A DNA stretch of 64,000 bases from Nitrosopumilus sp. (GCA_965205675.1 OZ242186.1:1632001-1696000), one strand, 5' to 3'. Counted from the stretch's first letter, positions 50,163 to 60,551 are shown. Program-made: numbers and translations. The notes: generated by a model from the letters alone, not told the origin.

Positions 50163-51552
50163 GTAACTGTCTAGAGTTTTGAAGTAAAATCTCCAAGATA
50201 TTCTAAAGAATAATCATGAAAGTTTAATCCTCGTAATCTGCATGTCTCCTTTATACTCATCAGTATCTTATGAGAATCAGCACCATGAATGGTTCTATGA
50301 CCGTTTGTAATTTTACGAATTATCACATTTGGTCTGATTGCCCTCTCTGCTGTGTTATTGTGTGAATCAGTTCCAGTAATTAGGAATGTAAAAAGCATTT
50401 TTCTCTCACGTTTCAATCTTTTTACAAACCTGATACAGTTTTTCTCTGTGTATTTTTTTGATATGATGTGATTAATTCTCCTTTCAAGATTCTTTTTTGC
50501 ATGGATTCTTTCTGATTCTGATTTTATTTTTGCCACACCATGAGAGTCATAAATTATTTTCTTGAGATTCTTGGCAAATGGTGCAAATTCTGGTCCGGGA
50601 TTCTTGTGATTAATGGTATCATTAACCTCTCTGAGATAATGGATGTGACATTTCTGGTGAGTGCTTCCAACATGGTTCCATGCAGGGTACGAATCACTTG
50701 TAATGTTGCCATCATATCCCTTGAGAATTCTCTTGGGAACATCCATTGAACGTGATTTGTCAATCTCGTAAATTACAGTCCATTTACTCACAAATGCCCA
50801 CAACCAGTGGTTCTGGCCATCTACCCTCCAACTTGTCTCATCACCATGTATGTTTAGATCTTCTTTTAACTCCACAATCATTGTATCATATCTGCTCCCA
50901 AATGCTTTTGATACTATTGATACTGCATGATTAATTGCAGATTCTGTAATGTGCAGTGAGAAGAGCATCTGCAAAAGATGAGATATTTTACCATACGATA
51001 ATCCGATAGTTTTTAGTGATGTGATTAGCACCATGAGCCTAATTCCAAACCTTTCATTTGACAGTACAGTGTGAATGTTACCCGAGATTTGTTTTTTGCA
51101 GTTTGTGCAGTATCGTCTAACTATCGTATATTTTGTCACAACTGCTTTTGCAGGAATGATGTCTTCTACTATTCTGGTGTATGAATCAGTTGGTTCTGAG
51201 AGTGATTTGCCACATGTGTTGCACTCTTTTTGGTCAACTGTAATGGCATCATCAATGTGTGCCCGTCTGCTTCTGCTTTTTCTAGGATGTCTTGATGTTT
51301 TCTTCTTTTTTGCAGTTTCAGTCTTGTTTGGTTTTGCTTTGATATTTCTTGCAACAAGTGTAGACACTGTTTGTTTTAGTTCTGCAATTTCTCTGTGTAA
51401 CTGACGGTTTTCTTGCTCCAACGAGTGACATCTGTTGCGATAATATTCCAGCTCATCATATACTGACAATTGTATATTGTAATTTGTCACTGATCAGAAA
51501 AGATATAGATAAAAAATATTAAAGAAAGTACTTCAAAACTCTAGACAGTTAC
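50163..51552 (-). mobile_element. IS66-family (single-ORF, ISBst12-like) element
   Basis: Perfect 24-bp TIR GTAACTGTCTAGAGTTTTGAAGTA; no 8-bp target duplication seen. Confidence 0.92.
50171..51490 (-). CDS. IS66 transposase
   Basis: Coiled coil, CxxC...CxxC zinc finger, DETSW, SDSY, QKCHIHYLRE, NNTAERAIR. Confidence 0.93.
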   Translation of the reverse strand: MTNYNIQLSVYDELEYYRNRCHSLEQENRQLHREIAELKQTVSTLVARNIKAKPNKTETAKKKKTSRHPRKSRSRRAHIDDAITVDQKECNTCGKSLSEPTDSYTRIVEDIIPAKAVVTKYTIVRRYCTNCKKQISGNIHTVLSNERFGIRLMVLITSLKTIGLSYGKISHLLQMLFSLHITESAINHAVSIVSKAFGSRYDTMIVELKEDLNIHGDETSWRVDGQNHWLWAFVSKWTVIYEIDKSRSMDVPKRILKGYDGNITSDSYPAWNHVGSTHQKCHIHYLREVNDTINHKNPGPEFAPFAKNLKKIIYDSHGVAKIKSESERIHAKKNLERRINHIISKKYTEKNCIRFVKRLKRERKMLFTFLITGTDSHNNTAERAIRPNVIIRKITNGHRTIHGADSHKILMSIKETCRLRGLNFHDYSLEYLGDFTSKL

Positions 51553-51767
51553 AATAGAATTTCTAATCTAATTTGTCTATCATTTATAATTATGATTTGT
51601 AATGTATATTAATAAATAAATTATTTCTTTTCCATCTCGTAAAAACAATTAGAACATAAATATTCATAATCTAGATATTCATCAAATGTGAAAACCCATT
51701 TCTCTTTTCCACAAGAATCACAAATTCCTACAGTTCTATTTGTACCATCATGCATTATTCTAATTAT

Positions 51768-52451
51768 TCAAGACTGTTTTATATCATCTACGTTATAATC
51801 CAGTCTATTTATCATGTTTACAGTAAGATCAAGATTGTTCATCAGTGCTTGGTCTTTGTCTGGATGAAGATTCTTTTTTATCTCATTTATACCTGATTCT
51901 ACCAGTACGCTTGCCATGTCGCGATAGTATCTTTTGTGGGAATCTCTGTATCTTGTATCTGCAATATCATCTGCATTACTGTAGGTTTTATGTCCTCCAA
52001 TATTTTGAGACGTGATACCCTGAGGATGGAATGTAAAGATAGCATCAAGCAAATGTTTTATTGTATCTGGACTAAATATGTCAGAGGCAAGCTCCCTTTG
52101 AAGAGCTTTGAAATATTGCAAAACATACTCTTCTCCCACCAGATTAAAACTCAGAGTAGATTTTATTATTTCAGGACTTAGGTTTGAATAGATTTCCCTG
52201 ATGTATTTTTTGTCCTTGTGGTTGGAGGTTCCGGTAATTTTATCAGGTGTTGTATTGGAGATTTTAATCATATCAGATAACAGGACAAATCCCTGCATAG
52301 AATTTGTTATTCTTGATATAATGTCATTTTTTGCCTTGGAGAGCCTCTTTGTCTCAGTCTTTGAGCGGTTCCCAACTCCAAATTCTTGATTGTAGTGGCC
52401 CTTTAGAAAGTCAAGTATCTTTCTTTCAAACTGGGTAATTTCATCAGGCAT
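51768..52451 (-). CDS. Hypothetical protein (island cargo)
   Basis: 227 aa ORF; no family recognised. Confidence 0.6.
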   Translation of the reverse strand: MPDEITQFERKILDFLKGHYNQEFGVGNRSKTETKRLSKAKNDIISRITNSMQGFVLLSDMIKISNTTPDKITGTSNHKDKKYIREIYSNLSPEIIKSTLSFNLVGEEYVLQYFKALQRELASDIFSPDTIKHLLDAIFTFHPQGITSQNIGGHKTYSNADDIADTRYRDSHKRYYRDMASVLVESGINEIKKNLHPDKDQALMNNLDLTVNMINRLDYNVDDIKQS

Positions 52452-52508
52452 TGCTTAAAATTGGTAGAAGTTTTATTAAAATCTACTTTAATTCACATCT
52501 TTGCAGAG

Positions 52509-52658
52509 TTATGCTTTTACACATATCTTTCCAGTCAGTAATTTTTGCATCAGACCTTTCTTTAGAATTTCTAGCTTTTTCTTGTATTCCTGGTTTTTCT
52601 GAATGTATGCATCAACTCCAGACAGGATTGACGCAATTTGCTTTTGTTCTTTAATCAT
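52509..52658 (-). pseudogene. hsdS: Orphan C-terminal conserved tail of a second HsdS type
   Basis: MIKEQKQIASILSGVDAYIQKNQEYKKKLEILKKGLMQKLLTGKICVKA*, a classic HsdS C-terminal helix. Confidence 0.8.
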
Positions 52659-53460
52659 TGATACACAGTTAATATTGAATGATTTAGGTAAAAATAGAAA
52701 TTATGACTCTGGAAGCATGGATATGAAAGAGAACCTTCCAAAAGGATGGGTAAAAACAAAGATAGAATTGATTTGTGATCTCATAGGTGGTGGCACTCCT
52801 TCAAGGAAAAATTTAGAATATTTTAAAGACGGTCAAATAATTTGGTTAACACCAACTGAAATCAATAAAGAGAAAATATTAAAAATTAATTCTTCTAAAG
52901 AAAATATTACAGAATTAGGATTAACAAAAAGTTCCGCTAAATTAATACCTAGAAATGCAGTTTTATTAACATCTAGAGCTAGTATAGGATATGTTGCAAT
53001 AGCAGAAACAACAGTTACAACAAATCAAGGGATTTGCTTCATTCATATGCTCTAAAATTATCCATAATTATTTTTTAGCTTATTGGTTAAAGAGTAATAA
53101 AAATGTCTTAGAAGAAAATGCAACAGGAACAACATTTAAGGAAATTCCCAAATCTGTGATCAAAAAACTATCTATTGAAATTCCACCATTTTCTGAACAA
53201 AGAAGAATCGTCTCAAAAATTGAATCAATCTTCACACAGATTGATGCAGCAAAGGTGCAGCTTGAAAAACTTGCATTACAAACAAAGTCTACATCGGGAA
53301 GTTTATCTGCACTAAAGAGCAGTGTGCTAAAACAAGCCTTTGAAGGTAAGCTTGTTCCACAGGATCCCGATGATGAACCAGCAGAAATCTTGTTGAAGAA
53401 AATTCATGGCGATTCAAAAGAATTAGTCTTTGAGAAAGAGAATCTTCCAAAGGGATGGAT
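52607..53460. repeat. Left arm of the ~853-bp inverted repeat (partner 58758-59610)
   Basis: Near-identical reverse complement covering the upstream region, TRD1 and the central conserved region of hsdS. Confidence 0.95.
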
Positions 53461-54064
53461 TCATGTTAGAATTAAAGATGTAGTTAATGATTCAAAACAA
53501 GATATTGTAGATGGTCCTTTTGGTTCTAATCTTAAATCATCTGAATATGTAAATAATGGTATTCCTTTAATCAGATTACAAAATATTGAACGAAATTATT
53601 TCATTAATAAAAATACAAAATATATTACAAAAGAAAAAGCTGAACAGTTGAAAAGACATAATTTTATTCAAAACGATATTGTAATAACAAAATTGGGTTT
53701 TCCTGTAGGAAAAGCATGTATTGTACCTCACATCCTAAAAACAGGAATAATTGTTGCAGATATTATAAGAATTAGAATGGATGAAGAATTTGTGTTAAGA
53801 AAATTTCTCATACATATAATAAATTCTGAAATAATCATAAAACAATTTAATGAACATACTAAAGGAACAACAAGACCAAGAGTAAATTTGACCAAATTTC
53901 GTAATTTTCAAATTCTCCTTCCACCACTCTCCGAACAAAAACGCATCGTCTCTAAAATTGAATCAATCTTTGATAGGATTGATGCAAGTATAGTATCTAT
54001 GAGAGATAAAATAATTTATAAAACATATCATTCATTTTCTCAAATTTATGGACATAATATTTGA
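52675..54064 (+). pseudogene. hsdS: Silent hsdS copy: TRD-a (+1 A frameshift near 53028) plus TRD-b, lacking the C-terminal tail
   Basis: CAAGGGATTT here vs CAGGGATTT in the other copy; HsdS homology ends exactly at ...DRIDA (53986). Confidence 0.88.
53932..53987. repeat. Left arm of a perfect 56-bp inverted repeat (partner 58285-58340)
   Basis: CGAACAAAAACGCATCGTCTCTAAAATTGAATCAATCTTTGATAGGATTGATGCAA. Confidence 0.95.
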
Positions 54065-54179
54065 TTTATATTATATTTTTCATTAAATCATCTAAAATAT
54101 TTTTAGGATGTCACAAATATGTTGTATTAATAATGATTTATTTTATAACCATCATAAATCTAAAAATTAGGAGTATAAA

Positions 54180-56546
54180 TTGAGCAACGAAAAGATTTCA
54201 GAATCAACTACTTGTATGCGTTTTATTGATCCAAAATTGAAAGATACTGGATGGGAATTAGATAAAATCGTTCGTGAATATTATATTAATAAAGGAAAAA
54301 TCATTCCAGAGGGTCGTACAGGAAAACGGAATGATCCAAATAAAGCAGATTATATTTTAAAACTAGGACTTGATTTTAAAATTGCAGTGATCGAAGCAAA
54401 GGCATGGGATAAACCTCATGATGAAGGAATGCAACAAGCTTTGATATATGCAGAAAAACTAAACCTACAATTTGCATATGCAACTAATGGACAAAAAATT
54501 GAAGAATATGATGTTACAACAAAACAACAAAGAACAATTGATAAATTCCCAACACCCGAAGAGTTACAAAAAAGATATAACGGACATAAGAATTTTGATG
54601 AAAAACAAATGAATGTTCTGTTGGAACCATTAGATAGAAGCTCAAAAGATCCTGGTGGGTCACCTATGGAACCAAGATATTATCAAGAAATTGCAATCAA
54701 TGCAGCATTAACATCAATCTTTGCAGGAAAGAAACGAATTTTGTTGAATCTTGCAACAGGAACAGGCAAGACCTTCATTGCTTATCAAATTGCACAAAAA
54801 TTATGGAATAAAGATAAACCACATCCAAAAATCTTATTTTTAGCAGATAGAACTATTTTATTGGATCAAGCAAGAAATAATGCATTTGCAAATTTTGGTG
54901 AAGCAAGACATAAAATCCAAAGAGTTGTACAAACTGCATTTGGAATGTATTTTGCATTATATCAAGCACTTGATGTAGAAAAAGAAAACGGTGAATTATA
55001 CAAACAATATCCAACAGATTTTTTTGATTATGTTATAATAGATGAATGTCATCGTGGAAGCTCAAATGAATCTGGGAATTGGAGGAAGATACTGGATCAT
55101 TTTTCTAATGCAATCCACATAGGTATGACTGCAACACCTAAACGAAATGATGAAAGCAAAGATACCTATGATTATTTTGGCACACCTGTATACACGTACA
55201 GCCTTAAACAAGGAATTGAGGATGGCTTTTTAGCACCATACATGATTCATAGAGTAAATCTTGAAATTGATATACAAGGATACAAACCAAAACCAGGTGA
55301 AAAAGATCTTGATGGAAAAATATTGGAAGATAGATTGTATACATACAAAGATTTTGACAGAATTTTAAGAGTAAATGAAAGACGAAAAGCAGTTGCAATG
55401 CATCTGGTAAACTTTTTAGAAAAAAATAATCAAAAATATAATAAAACAATTCTATTTTGCCAGAATTCTGAACATGCACTTGAAATGACTAAATTGATCA
55501 GAAATTATTCTGGAGAAAAACATGATTATTGTGTTAGAATAGTCTCTGCTGAAGGAGAAATAGGTCGTGAACATTTAGATCATTTTCAAGAACCTAATAG
55601 AGATTTTCCAGTTGTTGCAGTAACATCTAGATTGATGTCTACTGGTGTAGATGTACCTACATGTAAAATAATTGCATTAGACAAAAGCATTAACTCTATG
55701 ACCGAATTTAAACAGATAATAGGACGTGGCACACGTGTGTATGAACCGAAGGACAAGATGTGGTTTTCTATTATAGATTATAGGAAAACAACTCGATTAT
55801 TTGAAGATGTAGAATGGGATGGTCCACCTGCTGCTGAAACAGATGAAGATCGAGGAAGAATTACCAGAGAAAAAGAAGACAGGATGAAGGAAAAAGTAAA
55901 AAAGAGAATAGAAGAAGAAAGAAGGAAGATAGAAGAAGGAATATCATCTACATCCAGAGATCCAACAAATATTGAAACTTATCATATTGAAGGACATGAA
56001 GTTAAGATTATAGGTGAATCTGTATTGATATTTGATCAATCAATAGATGGTAACAGATTAATTACTTATCAGAATTATACAAAAGAGACTGTACGTCGTT
56101 TGATTAATGATGATCAAACAGAACTATACAAACTTTGGACGAATCCTGAAAATCGAAAACATTTTGTCGAAAAATTAAAAACTAGAGGAATAAATTTTGA
56201 ACATCTAAGAGAAATTACACAGATGTTTAAAGCAGATGCATTTGATTTGTTACTTCATTTTGCATTTAATGCAGATGCAAAAACTCGTTTAGAAAGAGTA
56301 AATTCTGTGCGTAAAAAACCTTTTTTGGAGAAATATCCAGATAAGGCACGAGAAGTTCTTGAGATAATTTTAGATCATTATGCTGATCATGGATATCAAG
56401 AATTAGAAGAAAGAGATATTTTGAAATTGCCACAATTCAAACAGTTTGGAGGTCCAGTAGAAATTATTAATGATAGATTCAAAGATGGTGATCAATATGA
56501 TGATGCCATAGTACAATTAACAAAAGAATTGTACTTGAATAATTGA
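54180..56546 (+). CDS. hsdR: Type I restriction endonuclease subunit R (EcoAI/EcoEI-like)
   Basis: ADY...IEAK nuclease motif; LATGTGKT, DECHR, MTATP, QIIGRGTR helicase motifs. Confidence 0.95.
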   Translation: MSNEKISESTTCMRFIDPKLKDTGWELDKIVREYYINKGKIIPEGRTGKRNDPNKADYILKLGLDFKIAVIEAKAWDKPHDEGMQQALIYAEKLNLQFAYATNGQKIEEYDVTTKQQRTIDKFPTPEELQKRYNGHKNFDEKQMNVLLEPLDRSSKDPGGSPMEPRYYQEIAINAALTSIFAGKKRILLNLATGTGKTFIAYQIAQKLWNKDKPHPKILFLADRTILLDQARNNAFANFGEARHKIQRVVQTAFGMYFALYQALDVEKENGELYKQYPTDFFDYVIIDECHRGSSNESGNWRKILDHFSNAIHIGMTATPKRNDESKDTYDYFGTPVYTYSLKQGIEDGFLAPYMIHRVNLEIDIQGYKPKPGEKDLDGKILEDRLYTYKDFDRILRVNERRKAVAMHLVNFLEKNNQKYNKTILFCQNSEHALEMTKLIRNYSGEKHDYCVRIVSAEGEIGREHLDHFQEPNRDFPVVAVTSRLMSTGVDVPTCKIIALDKSINSMTEFKQIIGRGTRVYEPKDKMWFSIIDYRKTTRLFEDVEWDGPPAAETDEDRGRITREKEDRMKEKVKKRIEEERRKIEEGISSTSRDPTNIETYHIEGHEVKIIGESVLIFDQSIDGNRLITYQNYTKETVRRLINDDQTELYKLWTNPENRKHFVEKLKTRGINFEHLREITQMFKADAFDLLLHFAFNADAKTRLERVNSVRKKPFLEKYPDKAREVLEIILDHYADHGYQELEERDILKLPQFKQFGGPVEIINDRFKDGDQYDDAIVQLTKELYLNN

Positions 56547-56580
56547 ATCATATTTAATGAGGATATAGGAAATATCACTA

Positions 56581-58059
56581 ATGGATGCACAATCACTTCG
56601 TTCTATAATAAAATCTGCAAGAGATCTAATGAGAAAAGATGCAGGTCTTAATACGGATGTCGATAGAATCCCTCAAATTGCATGGATTTTATTTTTAAAG
56701 AGTTTTGATGATTTTGAAAAAGAAAGAACAGCATTGAATAAAAAATATGTCGAGGCAATTCCCAAAGGATTACGATGGAGAGATTGGGCTGAAGATAAAA
56801 GTAAATCTTTGACAGGTCCGGATCTAATTTCTTTTGTCAATAATGAATTATTTCCTAAACTTGCAAAATTGGTAGGAGGAGAGGGTTTTGAACAAAGAGA
56901 TGTACTTGCATCAATCTTTAAAGAATTAAACAACAGGATATTAAGTGGATATGTTCTTAGACAAATTCTAAATCTGATAGACAAAGTAAATTTTGTAAAT
57001 ACTGATGATATTCACACAATGGCAAAACTCTATGAAGATATGTTAGTAGAAATGAGAGATGCTGCTGGTTCTAATGGCGAATTTTATACACCAAGACCTG
57101 TGATTAGATTTATTGTCAATCAAATTAACCCAAGTCTCAAAAAATCTGAAAAAATATTGGATCCTGCATGTGGCACAGGAGGATTTTTGATAGAATCTCT
57201 AGAATTTCTAAGAAATGAACAAAAGACAAAACATGACTTGAAAAAATTAACAACCAAGACATTATTTGGAATTGAGAAAAAACCAATGCCATATCTATTG
57301 GGGATGATGAATTCATTATTACATGAACTTGACAAACCAAACATTATCAGAACTAATACACTAGCTAAACCATTAAGAGAAATATCTGTAAACAATCAAT
57401 ATGATATCATCATCACAAATCCTCCATTTGGTGGAGAAGAAGAAGAAGGAATATCATCTAATTTACCTGTTGGTTTTCAAACATCAGACACTGCACTTGC
57501 ATTTTTGTTGTATATCATGTATTCATTAAAAGATGGAGGGCGTTGTGGGATTATTCTTCCAGATGGTCCAATGTTTGCAGGAGGAATGGCTGCCAAGATC
57601 AAGAAAAAATTAATTGAAGAATTTAACTTGCATACAATAATTAGACTTCCTAGAACCGTTTTCGAACCATATACAACAATTGCCACAAATATTTTATTTT
57701 TTGATAAAACCACTCCTACCAAAGAAATATGGTATTATCAGATGCATGTAAATGAGCGATTAAGAGGAGTTACCCGTGCAAAAAATCCAAAATATACTAA
57801 ATCAAATCCAATTGCATATGAGGATTTTTCAGAGATTGAAAAATGGTTTAAAAATAAAAAGACAAATAAAAATGCATGGAAAGTAAATATCAAAGATATT
57901 CAAGATTATAATCTTGATTCCAATAACCCAAAAGATGTGACAGAAACAATTGTACTGCCACCAGATGAATTGATAGATTCATTCATCAGTATAAGAAAAG
58001 ATATGATCAAAGCGTTTGAGGATGTAAAGAATATCATATCTAAAGAAATTCCAAAATAA
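56581..58059 (+). CDS. hsdM: Type I N6-adenine DNA methyltransferase subunit M
   Basis: GEFYTPR, DPACGTGGF and NPPF motifs. Confidence 0.95.
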   Translation: MDAQSLRSIIKSARDLMRKDAGLNTDVDRIPQIAWILFLKSFDDFEKERTALNKKYVEAIPKGLRWRDWAEDKSKSLTGPDLISFVNNELFPKLAKLVGGEGFEQRDVLASIFKELNNRILSGYVLRQILNLIDKVNFVNTDDIHTMAKLYEDMLVEMRDAAGSNGEFYTPRPVIRFIVNQINPSLKKSEKILDPACGTGGFLIESLEFLRNEQKTKHDLKKLTTKTLFGIEKKPMPYLLGMMNSLLHELDKPNIIRTNTLAKPLREISVNNQYDIIITNPPFGGEEEEGISSNLPVGFQTSDTALAFLLYIMYSLKDGGRCGIILPDGPMFAGGMAAKIKKKLIEEFNLHTIIRLPRTVFEPYTTIATNILFFDKTTPTKEIWYYQMHVNERLRGVTRAKNPKYTKSNPIAYEDFSEIEKWFKNKKTNKNAWKVNIKDIQDYNLDSNNPKDVTETIVLPPDELIDSFISIRKDMIKAFEDVKNIISKEIPK

Positions 58060-58105
58060 TTATTTATTCAAAAATTACCATCAATTATTTCAGTAGTAAT
58101 TATAT

Positions 58106-59542
58106 TTATGATCTACATTTTTGAGATTTTATTTTTTCTAATAGAATTGATGCGGGTTCATCATTTGGATCTTGTGGAACTAATTTTCCCTCAAAAGCTT
58201 GCTTCAAAATACTACTTTTTATAGCATTTATACTATCGGGTATATTTTTTAATTTAGATTCTAAAATTGTAATCTCTTGTTGTTTTGCATCAATCCTATC
58301 AAAGATTGATTCAATTTTAGAGACGATGCGTTTTTGTTCGTTTAGCGGTGGGAGAGGAATTAAAAATTCAGATATTTTTTTAAAATTAATACGAGGATGT
58401 TGCACTCCAGTCATATTTGCATTTGCATATGTAACAAAATTATTAGTACGTAAAAATAACGATATGAACATATTTGAAAAATTAGTTATATTTTGGAAGA
58501 CCAAAATATCTGTAGAGCATACACCATCAAAGATAGGAATACATACTTTGTTAAGATAAGGACGCAATCTACCATACAAAATATCACCTGATTTGAATAT
58601 TGTTTTTGTACTAGTGAGTTCTTTCGAATCACCTCTGCCAATAATTTTTCCTGTGTTACTTTCAACATGTTCTAATCCAAGAAATATTCTATTTGTATTG
58701 CTAGTTGGATCAAATCTTTCCTTAGAAGGTTCGATCATATGTCCAATTTTTGTTCTGATCCATCCTTTTGGAAGATTATCTTTCTTAAATTTTAATTCCT
58801 TTGAATCGCCATGAATTTTCTTCAACAAGATTTCTGCTGGTTCATCATCGGGATCCTGTGGAACAAGCTTACCTTCAAAGGCTTGTTTTAGCACACTGCT
58901 CTTTAATGCAGATAAACTTCCCGATGTAGACTTTGTTTGTAATGCAAGTTTTTCAAGCTGCACCTTTGCTGCATCAATCTGTGTGAAGATTGATTCAATT
59001 TTTGAGACGATTCTTCTTTGTTCAGAAAATGGTGGAATTTCAATAGATAGTTTTTTGATCACAGATTTGGGAATTTCCTTAAATGTTGTTCCTGTTGCAT
59101 TTTCTTCTAAGACATTTTTATTACTCTTTAACCAATAAGCTAAAAAATAATTATGGATAATTTTAGAGCATATGAATGAAGCAAATCCCTGATTTGTTGT
59201 AACTGTTGTTTCTGCTATTGCAACATATCCTATACTAGCTCTAGATGTTAATAAAACTGCATTTCTAGGTATTAATTTAGCGGAACTTTTTGTTAATCCT
59301 AATTCTGTAATATTTTCTTTAGAAGAATTAATTTTTAATATTTTCTCTTTATTGATTTCAGTTGGTGTTAACCAAATTATTTGACCGTCTTTAAAATATT
59401 CTAAATTTTTCCTTGAAGGAGTGCCACCACCTATGAGATCACAAATCAATTCTATCTTTGTTTTTACCCATCCTTTTGGAAGGTTCTCTTTCATATCCAT
59501 GCTTCCAGAGTCATAATTTCTATTTTTACCTAAATTATTCAA
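58106..59542 (-). CDS. hsdS: Type I specificity subunit S, complete copy (TRD-a + TRD-c + tail)
   Basis: Two LPKGW...PP..EQ.RIV repeats and two KQAFEGKLVPQDP helices. Confidence 0.95.
   Translation of the reverse strand: MNNLGKNRNYDSGSMDMKENLPKGWVKTKIELICDLIGGGTPSRKNLEYFKDGQIIWLTPTEINKEKILKINSSKENITELGLTKSSAKLIPRNAVLLTSRASIGYVAIAETTVTTNQGFASFICSKIIHNYFLAYWLKSNKNVLEENATGTTFKEIPKSVIKKLSIEIPPFSEQRRIVSKIESIFTQIDAAKVQLEKLALQTKSTSGSLSALKSSVLKQAFEGKLVPQDPDDEPAEILLKKIHGDSKELKFKKDNLPKGWIRTKIGHMIEPSKERFDPTSNTNRIFLGLEHVESNTGKIIGRGDSKELTSTKTIFKSGDILYGRLRPYLNKVCIPIFDGVCSTDILVFQNITNFSNMFISLFLRTNNFVTYANANMTGVQHPRINFKKISEFLIPLPPLNEQKRIVSKIESIFDRIDAKQQEITILESKLKNIPDSINAIKSSILKQAFEGKLVPQDPNDEPASILLEKIKSQKCRS
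58285..58340. repeat. Right arm of the 56-bp inverted repeat
   Basis: Exact reverse complement of 53932-53987. Confidence 0.95.
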
Positions 59543-59610
59543 TATTAACTGTGTATCAATGATTAAAGAACAAAAGCAAATTGAATCAATCCTGTCTGGA
59601 GTTGACGCAT
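58758..59610. repeat. Right arm of the ~853-bp inverted repeat
   Basis: Reverse complement of 52607-53460; identity stops at GTTGACGCAT. Confidence 0.95.
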
Positions 59611-59649
59611 CACATTATGCACAATTCATAGTCATTACAAGTTTACGTA

Positions 59650-59688
59650 TGAGAGTAACAATACTTTTAATACTTTTTACAAGAGTTT
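59650..59688 (+). promoter_or_regulatory. 39-bp direct repeat, copy 1 (probable promoter/operator)
   Basis: TGAGAGTAACAATACTTTTAATACTTTTTACAAGAGTTT is identical to 60291-60329 and contains TATA-like TTTAATA. Confidence 0.6.
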
Positions 59689-59797
59689 AGGAAAGTTGTA
59701 CATGAATTGGAAATCTAATTCGTAAGGTAGACACAAATTATTTCTCTTTATTTCATATTGTCAGATTTTTATACCAAATACACACAATAAGAAATAC

Positions 59798-60010
59798 ATG
59801 AAATTTAGAATATTCATAAAACAGGATGATGATGGAATATTTGTCTCAGAAGTTCCAGAACTTCCTGGATGTATATCTCAAGGAGATACGAGAGAAGATG
59901 CAGTAATTAACATCAAAGATGCAATTTCAGGGTACATCACAAGTCTAAAAAAACATGATGAACCAATACCTTTCTCAATTGATGAAGAGACTGTAGAGAT
60001 ACATGTCTAA
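59798..60010 (+). CDS. hicB: HicB-family antitoxin
   Basis: VPELPGCISQGDTREDA motif. Confidence 0.9.
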   Translation: MKFRIFIKQDDDGIFVSEVPELPGCISQGDTREDAVINIKDAISGYITSLKKHDEPIPFSIDEETVEIHV

Positions 60011-60227
60011 ACTACCCATTACTTCTGCAAGAGATTTACTCAAGATATTACATAAAATTGGGTATGATGTTGACCATCAAACAGGAAGTCACATAATATT
60101 GAGAAACAAAGATTATCCTCACAGAAGAATAACTGTTCCAAATCATAAAGAAATAGCAAGAGGTACATTACGTTCCATAATAAAACAGTCAGGATTAACT
60201 CTGGAAGAATTTTTGAAAATGTCCTAA
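60003..60227 (+). CDS. hicA: HicA-family mRNA interferase toxin
   Basis: QTGSH...TVPNH..IARGTLRSIIKQ. Confidence 0.9.
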   Translation: MSKLPITSARDLLKILHKIGYDVDHQTGSHIILRNKDYPHRRITVPNHKEIARGTLRSIIKQSGLTLEEFLKMS

Positions 60228-60290
60228 GTTGATTTTTTCTTGATATGTGATTTTTCTTATTTGATTTTCTCCAATAGGATCGATGCTGGC

Positions 60291-60329
60291 TGAGAGTAAC
60301 AATACTTTTAATACTTTTTACAAGAGTTT
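60291..60329 (+). promoter_or_regulatory. 39-bp direct repeat, copy 2 (probable promoter of a leaderless hicB2)
   Basis: TTTAATA lies about 25 nt upstream of ATG 60336. Confidence 0.65.
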
Positions 60330-60335
60330 TACATC

Positions 60336-60551
60336 ATGAGTTTTACAGTACAAAAAAAGACATACACTGTAATCATAACACCTGATGAAATTGACGGTGG
60401 TTTTGTTGGTAGATGTGATGAATTACATGCTTATTCGCAGGGTGAAACATATGGGGAGATCATGGAGAATATGAAAGAAGCAATAGAAGTATCAATAGAG
60501 GATGGGAACATGCATGAATTTAACATGCTCATTGTTCAAAGCCACAAATGA
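60336..60551 (+). CDS. hicB: HicB-family antitoxin
   Basis: GGFVGRCDELHAYSQGET...NMKEAI. Confidence 0.85.
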   Translation: MSFTVQKKTYTVIITPDEIDGGFVGRCDELHAYSQGETYGEIMENMKEAIEVSIEDGNMHEFNMLIVQSHK

